Below, piece after piece: positions 53,200 through 62,498 of a stretch of 64,000 nt of DNA (within the stretch, counting starts at the first letter, position 1; each line of letters starts with the position of its first letter). The notes beneath the pieces were generated by a model. That model ran no database searches and had not been told where the DNA came from. It saw only the letters and a list, made by a program, of their open reading frames with translations. The translations under genes were made by a program, and so were the position numbers. The stretch comes from an uncultured delta proteobacterium (GTDB lineage Bacteria; Desulfobacterota; Binatia; Binatales; Binataceae), in assembly GCA_963765675.1 (NCBI GenBank), contig CAVXXK010000001.1:2336001-2400000 (forward strand), written 5' to 3'.

Positions 53200-54146
53200 C
53201 CCGAACGACGCAGGGGCATATCATTCATGAAGCGGATCGTGTGATCCAGGTCGATTATTCCGGCGTCGGAGCCGAGCCCTTGCGCGACCAGCGCGGCGGC
53301 CGCATTCGCCAGGCGCATGCACTCGCGCGGGGTCCATTGGAGCAGCATCGCGCGGATAAATCCGGCGCAGTAGGCGTCGCCGCATCCAGACGTATCGACG
53401 ACATCGATCTCGTACGCCGGCAGATGCACGGTTTCGCGCGCCGTCATCATCAGGCTGCCGTCGCCGCCCATCGTCAGCACGACGCCGGGTGCTCCGCGCG
53501 CCAGCAGGATGCGCGCGGCTTCGTCGGGAGTGCGCGTTGCGGTCAGACCGCAAGCCTGATCGGCGTTGGGCATGAACCAATCGACCAGAGGCAGGCACGG
53601 CGCGAGAATCTCGAGCGTCCGCGGCGCGCCCTCGCTCAGGATGTCCATGCTGGTCGATGCGCCGGCGGCTTTCGCGCGGCGGAGAATCTCGACAGCGCCG
53701 CCGCGCCCGAGCCCGCGCATCACGTCGGTACCGCCCATGTGCAGATGCGCGGCGCTCTCGATGAGTTTCCACGGAACATCGGCCATCGTGAAATAGGGAT
53801 TGGCCCCGATCGCGTGCAGGGCAGGGCGGTCGCCGTTGGGGCGGATCGGCAGGATGCTGGCCGAGGTCTGAACTCCGGGCTTGCGCACGATGTGGCTCGT
53901 GTCGATTCCGAAGCTGGCGAGCGCGCGGACCAGCACGTCGCCCAGAGTGTCGTCGCCAATTGCGCCGACCGACGCGACATTAAGCCCGAGCTTCGCCAGT
54001 CCGACGGCGGTACCGGCCGCGGAACCGGCGGGAGCGATGCGAATCTGCTCGAGGATCGCGCCGCCCTGTCCTTCGGGAATATGCGTGACTGGGCGCCCGA
54101 GGATATCGAGCACGTGCGCGCCGAACGCGACGACGAGCGCGGTCAT
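53196..54146 (-). CDS. PfkB family carbohydrate kinase
   Basis: AGSAAGTAVGLAKLG, GAIGDDTLG, MPN, VDTSGCGDAYCAGF; ATGA overlap with the aldolase stop. Confidence 0.9.
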   Translation of the reverse strand: MTALVVAFGAHVLDILGRPVTHIPEGQGGAILEQIRIAPAGSAAGTAVGLAKLGLNVASVGAIGDDTLGDVLVRALASFGIDTSHIVRKPGVQTSASILPIRPNGDRPALHAIGANPYFTMADVPWKLIESAAHLHMGGTDVMRGLGRGGAVEILRRAKAAGASTSMDILSEGAPRTLEILAPCLPLVDWFMPNADQACGLTATRTPDEAARILLARGAPGVVLTMGGDGSLMMTARETVHLPAYEIDVVDTSGCGDAYCAGFIRAMLLQWTPRECMRLANAAAALVAQGLGSDAGIIDLDHTIRFMNDMPLRRSG

Positions 54147-54844
54147 GATCGTGGAGCGGCAAGCGCGCGTCTGCGCGCGATCTCGCGATTCTGGCGCTCC
54201 AACGTGGCGGTATGAAGCTGCGCGGCGATTTCTTCGGGCAGCGTCGTGACAGCGTGTCCGGTCGCGAGCGCCTGAACATAGATCGCGGCGGTCTTTTCCA
54301 GCAGCTCGACAAAGGTGAAGGTCTTTTCGAGGTCGGCGCCGACGCATAGCGCGCCGTGGTTCTGCATGATGTAGCAGTGGCATCGGTTGGCGAGCGCGCG
54401 GGTCACGTTGTCGTGCAGCTCGCGCGAGCCGGACAGCGCATAGGGAATCAGGTCGACGCGGCTGCCAATCGCGAGCGTGACCTCGTCGAACATCGGCGGG
54501 ATCGACGCGTCGATCACACTGCATACGCTCGCGCCCGACTGATGGGTATGGATGACGGCGCTTACGTCTTCGCGCGTGCGATAGGCCGCGATGTGCATCG
54601 GAGTCTCGATCGACGGCTTGCGCTCGCCCTCGATCCGCTTGAGATCCAAATCGATGATGCAGATATCGTCGGCGGTCATCGCGCCGTAGGGCAGCCGGGT
54701 CGGCGTGACCGCGATCGCGTCTTCGCCTTCGATCCGCATCGAAACGTTTCCGGCGCTGCCCGAATGCGAGCCGAAATAGCCGTACTCGGACAGGCGTTTG
54801 CTCATCTCGAGGACGCGACGTTTGTAATCGTCGTATGAGCTCAT
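54143..54844 (-). CDS. Class II aldolase/adducin family protein
   Basis: AGNVSMR, VTPT, KPSIETPMH, VIHTHQ, MQNHGA. Confidence 0.9.
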   Translation of the reverse strand: MSSYDDYKRRVLEMSKRLSEYGYFGSHSGSAGNVSMRIEGEDAIAVTPTRLPYGAMTADDICIIDLDLKRIEGERKPSIETPMHIAAYRTREDVSAVIHTHQSGASVCSVIDASIPPMFDEVTLAIGSRVDLIPYALSGSRELHDNVTRALANRCHCYIMQNHGALCVGADLEKTFTFVELLEKTAAIYVQALATGHAVTTLPEEIAAQLHTATLERQNREIARRRALAAPRS

Positions 54845-54921
54845 CGTGCCGGACCTACGACAATCTTTCAGGTGACGCGCTTGCGCGTCAATGCGGGAGA
54901 GTTGCAGGCCGCGCGCGGCGC

Positions 54922-55529
54922 TCAGTCGTGCTTGAACAGATGCTCGCCTTCGCGATGCTCGAACTTTTGCTGGTGCGAGCGAAAACGGCGGCTGACTTCA
55001 GAGCGCTCTTCGGGGGTCATCGCCTGCCAGCGTTTGTAATTTTCCATCACATGCGCGCGCTGCTGCGGCGGTAGCTGCTGAAAATGCTGATAGCGCTGCA
55101 TGATCTGCTGCCGGCGATCGGGCGGAAGCTGTTTGAAGTGATTGTAGGACTGGCGCAACTGCTCGCGACGCTCGGGCGGAAGCGAGCGCCATTGGCGCAT
55201 CCCGCGCAGGACTTGCTGGCGCTGGTCGGGCGGCAGGCTGCGGAACTGATGGAAGTTCTGCTCGACTGAATTTCGCTGCTCGGGCGACATCGTCCTCCAC
55301 TGCCGATAATTTTCCAGCACACGTTCGCGCTGATCGGGCGTGAGCGCGTTCCATTGGTCCGCGCGCCGCGAGATGAGAGCCTGCTCGGCGGCATTGCGCG
55401 GCTGCCCGGGCGCGAATCCCTGGGCATCGGCAAATACGGCGCGAACGCGCTCAGAAGCATCGCGAGGCCGACAATCGCCGCCGTAAAGCTCAAGCGTCGC
55501 ATGAGATTTATTCGCCGGGGCGCCATCAC
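54922..55529 (-). CDS. DUF3106-type exported repeat protein, frameshift near 55437
   Basis: Signal peptide in ORF 55047-55529; repeats (W/F)xxLPP(D/E)xRxxx in ORF 54922-55320, whose frame is open upstream. Confidence 0.75.
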
Positions 55530-55840
55530 TCGGTCTCCTGGTCGCCAGCCGGCGGAGGTAGTTGGAAGGTTTGCGGCGGTGGTGGTGGCGCGTAGGAATT
55601 GGGAGGCGGCGATCCGTTTGGTCCCAGGTAGCCGAGCGCGTTTAGCGTCTGGATCTGCTCGAGCATCGACCCGTCGCCGCCGCCGTTCTGCGCGGCCGCG
55701 TTGGGATTGGGTTTGAACAAATCCAGATTGAGCAGCATGTTCAGATCCGGCGGCGGATCGTTCTGCGCCTGCGCCGCCGGGGCTGAGGATATGAGCAGAG
55801 CGAGTAACATCGCGCTTGCCAGGCTAGGACCGCTTTTCAT
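55526..55840 (-). CDS. Small exported Pro-rich hypothetical protein
   Basis: Signal peptide ending AQA|Q; overlaps both neighbouring genes in the ECF operon. Confidence 0.6.
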   Translation of the reverse strand: MKSGPSLASAMLLALLISSAPAAQAQNDPPPDLNMLLNLDLFKPNPNAAAQNGGGDGSMLEQIQTLNALGYLGPNGSPPPNSYAPPPPPQTFQLPPPAGDQETE

Positions 55841-56354
55841 TGGTTGTGTCCGTGGACGTAAACTCATCCAGATGCTCGATCACATCATAGTTCTCAAGCA
55901 AGTCCAGATGCTCGACCACGGGATAATCGCGAAGCAGGCCGATATCAGTCACGCCGATCGCATCCTCCATCGCAAGTTGATCGACCGGCGGTGCTCCGAT
56001 CTGCGAGCGCGGACTGAGCGTCAGGATCAGCACGATCGCGGCGACCACGGCCCCGGCCGTCGCCATCGAGGCCCACGCGATCCGCGGCGACCACCATCCG
56101 ACGCGTGAAGTTTGCGGACGATCGCGGCGCGCGGCGATCTTGCGATGCAACTCAGCGCGATAGACGCTCCAGTCGGGCTCGGCGATCTGCGCGACGTCGA
56201 TCGCGATCGTCTTGAGCACGGCGGCGAACGCCTCGGCGTCGTCGCGGCATCGCGCGCATCCGGCCAGATGGTCGGCGACGCGCTCGCGCTCTTCGGCGCT
56301 CAACTCACCGCGCAGATAGGGCGCGATCTCGGTCTCGGGATGTCGCTCGAGCAT
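55824..56354 (-). CDS. Anti-sigma factor with zf-HC2 (ZAS) domain
   Basis: YLRGELS.EE...HLAGCARC (HxxxCxxC), single TM. Confidence 0.85.
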   Translation of the reverse strand: MLERHPETEIAPYLRGELSAEERERVADHLAGCARCRDDAEAFAAVLKTIAIDVAQIAEPDWSVYRAELHRKIAARRDRPQTSRVGWWSPRIAWASMATAGAVVAAIVLILTLSPRSQIGAPPVDQLAMEDAIGVTDIGLLRDYPVVEHLDLLENYDVIEHLDEFTSTDTTNEKRS

Positions 56355-56369
56355 CGCCTTTAGCCGTCC

Positions 56370-56939
56370 TTACTCATTTTTCCGCATGGTTTTCTTAAGA
56401 TGCGCGAGTGCGCGATGAATGTGCACGCGCGCAGTGCTCTCGGAGCACTTAAGTATCGCCGCGATCTCGCGGCTGGTGAGACCCTCTTCGCTCTGAAGCA
56501 ACACTGCCGCCTTTTGAGTCGGAGACAATCCTTCGAGCGCGACGCGCAGGCGCCTGCCCGCATCGCCACTGATCGCCAGCGCCTCAGGCCCCGGCTCGGT
56601 TGACGGCGGATCGACCGGTGGCGAGTCGGGGTCGTCGTCCTGAGTCGAGAAGGGAACCATCTTGCGCCACCATTTGTTGCGCCGTTTGTGATCGATGCAG
56701 AGGTTGACGACGATCCGGTAGAACCAGGTTGAAAATTTGGAGCGGCCGTCAAACTTGCCCGCCGACTCGTACAGCCGGATGAAAGCATCCTGAGATACGT
56801 CGTGGGCGTCGGACTCGTTACCGAGAATCGAGCAGGCGAGCCTGAATGCTCGAGCCTGATGACGATCGAGCAGAGCCTCGAACGCCGCGGCGTCGTGCTC
56901 GGCAACCTGCCTGCAAAGTTCTTCATCGGACTGCACCAC
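56370..56939 (-). CDS. ECF RNA polymerase sigma factor
   Basis: DAHDVSQDAF, FSTWFYRIVVNLCIDHKR, EIAAIL...TARVHIHRA. Confidence 0.92.
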   Translation of the reverse strand: MVQSDEELCRQVAEHDAAAFEALLDRHQARAFRLACSILGNESDAHDVSQDAFIRLYESAGKFDGRSKFSTWFYRIVVNLCIDHKRRNKWWRKMVPFSTQDDDPDSPPVDPPSTEPGPEALAISGDAGRRLRVALEGLSPTQKAAVLLQSEEGLTSREIAAILKCSESTARVHIHRALAHLKKTMRKNE

Positions 56940-57031
56940 AGCGACCGGTCCCTCTCTGGTTTGGCCGGCCGCGTCCCCTTTGGGGGACTTTGCTATTCGG
57001 CCGCGTGGCCGATGCTACCCTTACCGGCCCG

Positions 57032-57062
57032 TTGGACGAAACCAGATGTACATTCGTTTACA
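57032..57062 (-). promoter_or_regulatory. Putative ECF-type autoregulatory promoter
   Basis: Minus strand TGTAAAC-17 nt-CGTCCAA about 95 nt upstream of the sigma gene (AAC/CGT pattern). Confidence 0.5.
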
Positions 57063-57255
57063 TTGCGGGCGGCGCGATCGTGGTATTGAAATCTTCGCCG
57101 ATTTTCCGCCTGAGGTGGTGCAATCGTCATCGGAGAATTCCAAGCCTGGTAAACGGATGCGAGGTGATAGGCGTCCAAGTTGCTGAAGCAGACGAGATCG
57201 CGGTGAACGCCAAATCTTATCCAGACCAGCTTCGTAGAACTCAGGAGGACTTGCG

Positions 57256-57966
57256 GTGAAGAAGACATTGACAACTTTTGCGGCGATGGTTTTTGTCGGC
57301 GCGATGGGGACCGCGGCGATGGCGCAGGTGCCCTACAACGGCGGCTACGGACAGGGAATCGGCGCGAAGCAGGTGAATCGCTTCCAGAACGGCTACCTGG
57401 ACGAGCATCCGGAAGTCGCCAGCGAGCTCGGACACAATCCGGCGCTGGTGGATAATCCGCAGTTCATGGCGAACCATCCGGGGCTGCGCGACTACTTCGA
57501 GAGCCATCCGGGCGTCCGCGCCGACATCCGGGCGCATCCGGACCGCTTCATGAGCGACGAATGGAAGCACGACGCGTGGCATCAGCCTGGGTACGGACAC
57601 GGTTATGGCTACGGCTATGGGCACGGATATGGCCCGGGAATCGGTGCACCGCAGCTGAATCGCTTCCAGAACGGTTACCTGGATGAGCATCCGGAAGTCG
57701 CGCAAGAGCTCGGACGCAATCCGGGTCTGGTGGACAATCCGCAGTTCATGGCGAACCATCCGGGGCTGCAACAGTACTTTGCGAATCATCCGGAAGTCCG
57801 CGCCGATCTCAAGGCCCATCCGGACCGATTCATGAACGATGAGTGGAGGAATGACGCGTGGCATCACCCGGGGTATGCGCATCCGATGGCGAACGGCGTA
57901 GCGAATCCGGTTGCCCACACGGGTTGGCAGACTCATCCGATGCAGCATTACAACCAGAGACACTAA
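57256..57966 (+). CDS. Secreted protein with two ~80-aa internal repeats and a GYGH linker
   Basis: AGGAGG RBS, signal peptide AMA|Q; NRFQNGYLDEHPEVA.ELG.NP.LVDNPQFMANHPGL repeated with a 282-nt period. Confidence 0.8.
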   Translation: MKKTLTTFAAMVFVGAMGTAAMAQVPYNGGYGQGIGAKQVNRFQNGYLDEHPEVASELGHNPALVDNPQFMANHPGLRDYFESHPGVRADIRAHPDRFMSDEWKHDAWHQPGYGHGYGYGYGHGYGPGIGAPQLNRFQNGYLDEHPEVAQELGRNPGLVDNPQFMANHPGLQQYFANHPEVRADLKAHPDRFMNDEWRNDAWHHPGYAHPMANGVANPVAHTGWQTHPMQHYNQRH

Positions 57967-57992
57967 ATCCGAAGTGATGCTTTAACTTCTCG

Positions 57993-58028
57993 CGCCGCCG
58001 GAGCCAGCCTCCGGCGGTGTCTTTTTTT
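57993..58028 (+). terminator. Rho-independent terminator
   Basis: cgccgccggag/ctccggcggtg stem followed by T7. Confidence 0.75.
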
Positions 58029-58107
58029 GGCGGACACGCTCTTCGCGAGCAGTCGTCGTGGTGTATAAGAGAAAAACGCGGCGCAGGTCCGCGCGGGAGG
58101 TTTTCCG

Positions 58108-58992
58108 ATGGCGAGCGAGATGTTCACGAAGGTGCTCGAGATCGTCAGGGCACAACCGATGAATCCAAATGCCACCCCAGCGCAGCGGCGTGCCGGGATG
58201 GAGAAGATCAGCGAGCATGTCGCGCGCGATGTCACCTGCACGCCCGTCGATGCGGGCGGGATTCCCGCCGAATGGGTCGAGGCTCCGGGCGCCGCGCCGG
58301 ACCGAGTCATACTCTATCTGCACGGCGGCGGTTACGTGATGGGTTCGATCGGGACGCATCGCGCGATGGTTGCGCGAATCGCGCGCGCTTCTAACTCGCG
58401 AGCCCTGTTGATCGATTACCGGCTCGCGCCGGAGCATCCGTTTCCCGCCGCGGTTGATGACGCCGTAGCTGCTTATCGATGGCTCATCGCGCAGGGCTGT
58501 AAGCCGGGTAGAATCGTGATTGCTGGGGATTCGGCGGGTGGAGGCCTCGTGCTCGCGACGCTGCTCAAGCTGCGCGATACGGGCGTCACGCTGCCGGCGG
58601 CGGGGGTCGGGATCTCACCCTGGACGGACCTCGAAGGCACCGGGGAATCGGTCAAGACGAAGGCGGCGATCGATCCGATGGTCACGCAGGAGAATCTGTC
58701 GATCTCGGCGAAGACCTATTACGCGGATCACGATCCCAAAAATCCGCTTATTTCCCCGATCCACGCCGACTTTCGCGGATTGCCGCCGCTCCTGCTCCAG
58801 GTCGGCGAGTCGGAGATCCTGCTCGACGACGCGACGCGGGTCGCCGCGCGTGCAAAAGCCGCGGGCGTCAACGTCGAGATCGAGATCTGGCCCGAGATGA
58901 TCCATGTATGGCACGTGTTCGCGAAGATTCTCCCCGAGGGCCAGCAAGCAATCGACAAGATCGGCAAGTTCGTGATCGCGCTCACGACGTGA
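58108..58992 (+). CDS. Alpha/beta hydrolase (HSL-family esterase)
   Basis: YLHGGGY, DYRLAPEHPFPAA, GDSAGG, EILLDD, MIHVW. Confidence 0.92.
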   Translation: MASEMFTKVLEIVRAQPMNPNATPAQRRAGMEKISEHVARDVTCTPVDAGGIPAEWVEAPGAAPDRVILYLHGGGYVMGSIGTHRAMVARIARASNSRALLIDYRLAPEHPFPAAVDDAVAAYRWLIAQGCKPGRIVIAGDSAGGGLVLATLLKLRDTGVTLPAAGVGISPWTDLEGTGESVKTKAAIDPMVTQENLSISAKTYYADHDPKNPLISPIHADFRGLPPLLLQVGESEILLDDATRVAARAKAAGVNVEIEIWPEMIHVWHVFAKILPEGQQAIDKIGKFVIALTT

Positions 58993-59047
58993 AGGTGTAC
59001 AATTCAATCGACTTCAATCGAAGGGTACACGATCAGGAGAAACCGAA

Positions 59048-59275
59048 ATGGATCGCACATTCACGGCTTATGTCGAGTTTGACGCCGATGCCAAATTATA
59101 CGTCGGCACAGTTCCGGGATTAGCCGGAGCGCATAGTCAGGGCGCCACGCTCGATGAGTTGCGCGATAACCTGCGCGAAGTGATCAGCCTAATTGTCGAA
59201 GAGCGACAATCGCGAGGCGAAGTGCTTGAAATCGATCCCTTTGTCGGAATCCAGCAAATCGTAGTAACCGCGTGA
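59048..59275 (+). CDS. hicB: HicB family antitoxin (short form)
   Basis: YVGTVPGLAGAHSQGATLDELRDNLREVISL. Confidence 0.88.
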   Translation: MDRTFTAYVEFDADAKLYVGTVPGLAGAHSQGATLDELRDNLREVISLIVEERQSRGEVLEIDPFVGIQQIVVTA

Positions 59276-59502
59276 GCAAGCTGCCCATCGTCAGTACGCG
59301 GACGATGGAGAAGCTACTCCGTGACATGGGTTTCGTGGCAGTTCGACAGAAAGGCAGCCACATCTTTTTCAGGCATCCAGATGGCAGAACCACGACCGTC
59401 CCGAGGCATAGTGGACGTGACTTGGCGCGCCCTCTAATCCGCGAGATTTTACGCGAGATTGATCTAGCACCAGAAGAATTCGAGCGCCTGCTCCGCGATT
59501 GA
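59272..59502 (+). CDS. hicA: HicA family mRNA interferase toxin
   Basis: GF..VRQKGSH.FFRHPDGRTTTVP.H; GTGA overlap with hicB. Confidence 0.9.
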   Translation: MSKLPIVSTRTMEKLLRDMGFVAVRQKGSHIFFRHPDGRTTTVPRHSGRDLARPLIREILREIDLAPEEFERLLRD

Positions 59503-59568
59503 AACACGGGACCGAAACAAAGATTTCCGGTTAAACAGCGTCACTTTGATAAATCCGCAGGAGCCGCT

Positions 59569-60806
59569 TCACACGACGCGGGCGACGGCGGGGATACGGC
59601 GCAGAACTGCGCTGGTTCCCCAGCTTAGTAGCAGTACTCCAGTGAAGACGAGGGCGCCTTTTTCGATCGCGGGTAGAGCGAATGACAGCATCGCGAATTG
59701 CAGCCATGCGGCGAACATGTAGTGGAGCAGATACATCGCGTATTCGTTGGCGCTCAGGCTGTCCCAGATCCAACGGCGGTGATTGGCGAAACGGATGAAC
59801 AGTGCGAGGAAGGCGAAGGAGAGACTCGCGCACGTGATCGCGTAGATGCCACCGTTCAGGACTCCGAGCAGAGCAGGATGGATCGCGTTGCGGTCGGCTA
59901 GTGCGATGAAGAAAAAAACTGCGCTCGATAAAAACGCGATCAGGCCCCATACGACCCAGCCGCCCCAGTGACGCGCGAGAATTCCGTCGGACGCGACGAG
60001 GCCATGATCAATGCCACATGCGCCGACTCCGATTCCGGCGAGAAAATAAATCGCATAGTGAAACAAGCGCGAGGTCTGGAACTGAAATAGTCCGATGCTG
60101 GTCCAGTACTCCGCGCTGTAGATGAAAGTTATTGGTGTGTAGGCCGCGAACGAGACCGCGGTGATCAGCAGGAAGAAGCGAATCGGATGCGCCCGCGCAT
60201 TGGATGCGATCCGTCCGAGCGCGTCGCCGAAGTTCGGTATAGCCACGAATAGCCCTGCGGCGACAAGGTCGAACGCCAGCAGCATCCAGATGAACCAGGC
60301 CGGACCTGCGGGCCAATCGCCCAACGACATCCATGCGTGAACGAAGCCAACGAACCCACGGCCGCCGCTTTGAAGATAGGCGGGGTAGTAGGCGATTGGC
60401 GCGACGATCGCCGCGGCGGCCAGAAATGGAATGCCGAGCCGGATCAATCGATCGCGCGCGAACCTCGCGCGCGCCCTTGCGCCGGAGACTCGACCATACG
60501 AACAGTCCCGAGACAAAGAACATCAGCGACATGAAGAAGGCGTCGTTGAAGCCGAAGAACAGATTGAATCCCGCCCAATGCGCGTGCGGATCGACCACCG
60601 GAAATGCGCGCCAGGACTCAGGCGGAGCCAGCAGCGATTTCGCAGGCGATGGCGCCGCCTTGAGATAGGCGAGCACCGAATGATGCGCGAGGACCAGCAC
60701 CACCAGGAAACCGCGAAGGTACCCGAGCGCAAGATTGTAGGCCGGCCGCGGCTCGGGCGGCGGAAGATGACTCGACTCGGAGGCCGTCAGAGACGCCCCC
60801 GATCAT
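59569..60806 (-). CDS. Acyltransferase_3 family (OpgC/MdoC-like) membrane acyltransferase, indels near 60798 and 60475
   Basis: YLRGFLVVLVLAHH, FFMSLMFFVSGLF, then in the next frame DRLIRLGIPF, GPAWFIW, YAMYLLH. Confidence 0.8.
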
Positions 60807-60820
60807 TTCTCACGATGACC

Positions 60821-62488
60821 TCACGACTGATAGACCGCGCGTCCCTCGAAGAACGTGGTGATCACCTTGGTGTCGGCGATGTCGGTCGGCGCAATCTCGA
60901 ACAGGTTTCGATCGAGCACGATCAGGTCAGCAGATTTCCCGACCTCGATCGAGCCGGTCACGCTACCGAGGCCCATCGCGCGAGCGGGATTGACGGTGTA
61001 GGCCGCGATCGCGGTCGACAGATCGAGCGCCTGCTCGGGCCACAACGCTCCGTCGAACTGCCCGTTTGGATCACGGCGGGTGATCAATCCTTCGAGACCC
61101 GACCACGGATCGGGATTGGGAATAACCGGCCAGTCGGTGCCGGTCGCGATCAAAACGCCGGCCTCGAGCAGATTGCGATTCGGCCAATATTGACGTACGC
61201 GCTCGCCGACGGCCTGCTCGATACCGTCGATAATTTGATTGGGGTACCAGAGAATCGGCGAAAGATCCGCAATGACATTCAAGTCTTTGAATCGCCGAAT
61301 ATCGGAGGGATCGACGAAGCCGGCGTGCGCTATCTGATGCACGAGCGGCGTCGCGCCCTTGAACGAGCGCACGACGTCGATCGCATCCAGCGCAGTCCGC
61401 ACGGCAGCGTCGCCGGCGCAATGAATTTTGACGCAAAGGCCGCGATCTTCCTGTTTCGCGATCAGGCGGGCCAGCTCCGGAACAGTCTTGATGGTCGTTC
61501 CGCGAAAGCAGCATCCGTGCGCTTTGTCGGGAAGATACGGCTCGATGAATGCGGAAGTTCGCGACATCGGCACGCCGTCGAGAAAGATTTTCACGAAGCT
61601 CGGCGTCACGTGCGCGCTCAAGAATTTTGCGCGTTGATCAATTAGCTCGTCGCCGACGAAATGGCCCAGAAATCCCGCCGGCTCCGCCATCATCGAGCCC
61701 ACCACCCAGGCCGAGAGTTTTCCCTGCGCATCGAGATGGTTGTACGCGGACAGAACCCCGCCGCTGACGGCGGCATCCTGCAGGCCCGTCACGCCGAATG
61801 AATTCAAAATTTCGATCGCGCGCGCGAGCGCGGCGACGTTGGTCTCGAGCGAATAAGGATTGGCGACTTCCGCGGCGTGCTCGACCGCGGCGACCGCCGA
61901 CTCGAACAGCATCCCGACGGGAGCGCGCGTCGCTTCGTCGCGCACGATTATCCCGCCCTCAGGATCGGGCGTGCTCGAATCGATACCCGCGAGTTCGAGT
62001 GCGCGCGAATTGACCCACCGGTTGTGCACGCTGTCATCGCGCAGCAAAACCGGATGGCCTTCGCTCGCCTCGTCGAGCGCGCGCAGCGCTTCGAGGGTCG
62101 AGAGCTTGTCGGTGAAATTGCTGCCCCACGAACCTCCGACGATCCAGGCGCCGGGCTTGGCCTTGCGCGCGTCGGCGCGAACCGCGGCGAGAACCTCTTC
62201 GACCGAGAGCGTCGGCAGAAAATGGCATTCGTAGAGATCCGCGCGGCCGCCGAGCAGCGGATGCACGTGCACGTCGTTGATTCCGGGCATCGCCATCCGG
62301 CGCTTGAGATCGACGACGTCGGTGCCGGATCCGATAAGCGCTTTGACATCGGAATCGGCGCCGACGAAGACAATCTTGCCATCGCGAATCGCGATTGCTT
62401 CAGCCCACGGCTTCGAAGTGTCAGTGGTATATATCCGGCCGTTCAGCAGCACTCGATCGGCCGAATTATTTTTCGTCATTGCAGCCAT
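60821..62488 (-). CDS. Amidohydrolase (Amidohydro_3, YtcJ-like)
   Basis: NGRIYT, MPGINDVHVH, KIFLDG, IHCAGDAA, IAHA, GTDWPV, GSIEVGKSADLIVLD. Confidence 0.9.
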   Translation of the reverse strand: MAAMTKNNSADRVLLNGRIYTTDTSKPWAEAIAIRDGKIVFVGADSDVKALIGSGTDVVDLKRRMAMPGINDVHVHPLLGGRADLYECHFLPTLSVEEVLAAVRADARKAKPGAWIVGGSWGSNFTDKLSTLEALRALDEASEGHPVLLRDDSVHNRWVNSRALELAGIDSSTPDPEGGIIVRDEATRAPVGMLFESAVAAVEHAAEVANPYSLETNVAALARAIEILNSFGVTGLQDAAVSGGVLSAYNHLDAQGKLSAWVVGSMMAEPAGFLGHFVGDELIDQRAKFLSAHVTPSFVKIFLDGVPMSRTSAFIEPYLPDKAHGCCFRGTTIKTVPELARLIAKQEDRGLCVKIHCAGDAAVRTALDAIDVVRSFKGATPLVHQIAHAGFVDPSDIRRFKDLNVIADLSPILWYPNQIIDGIEQAVGERVRQYWPNRNLLEAGVLIATGTDWPVIPNPDPWSGLEGLITRRDPNGQFDGALWPEQALDLSTAIAAYTVNPARAMGLGSVTGSIEVGKSADLIVLDRNLFEIAPTDIADTKVITTFFEGRAVYQS

Positions 62489-62498
62489 GCTCGGATCT

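Noticed and set aside
54147-54524. N-terminal extension of the PfkB kinase
   Set aside because: Off-frame overlap with the aldolase; ATGA coupling at 54143-54146 marks the start
57354-57876. Direct DNA repeats as a CRISPR-like array
   Set aside because: Only two long in-frame coding repeats, no unique spacers, no cas genes
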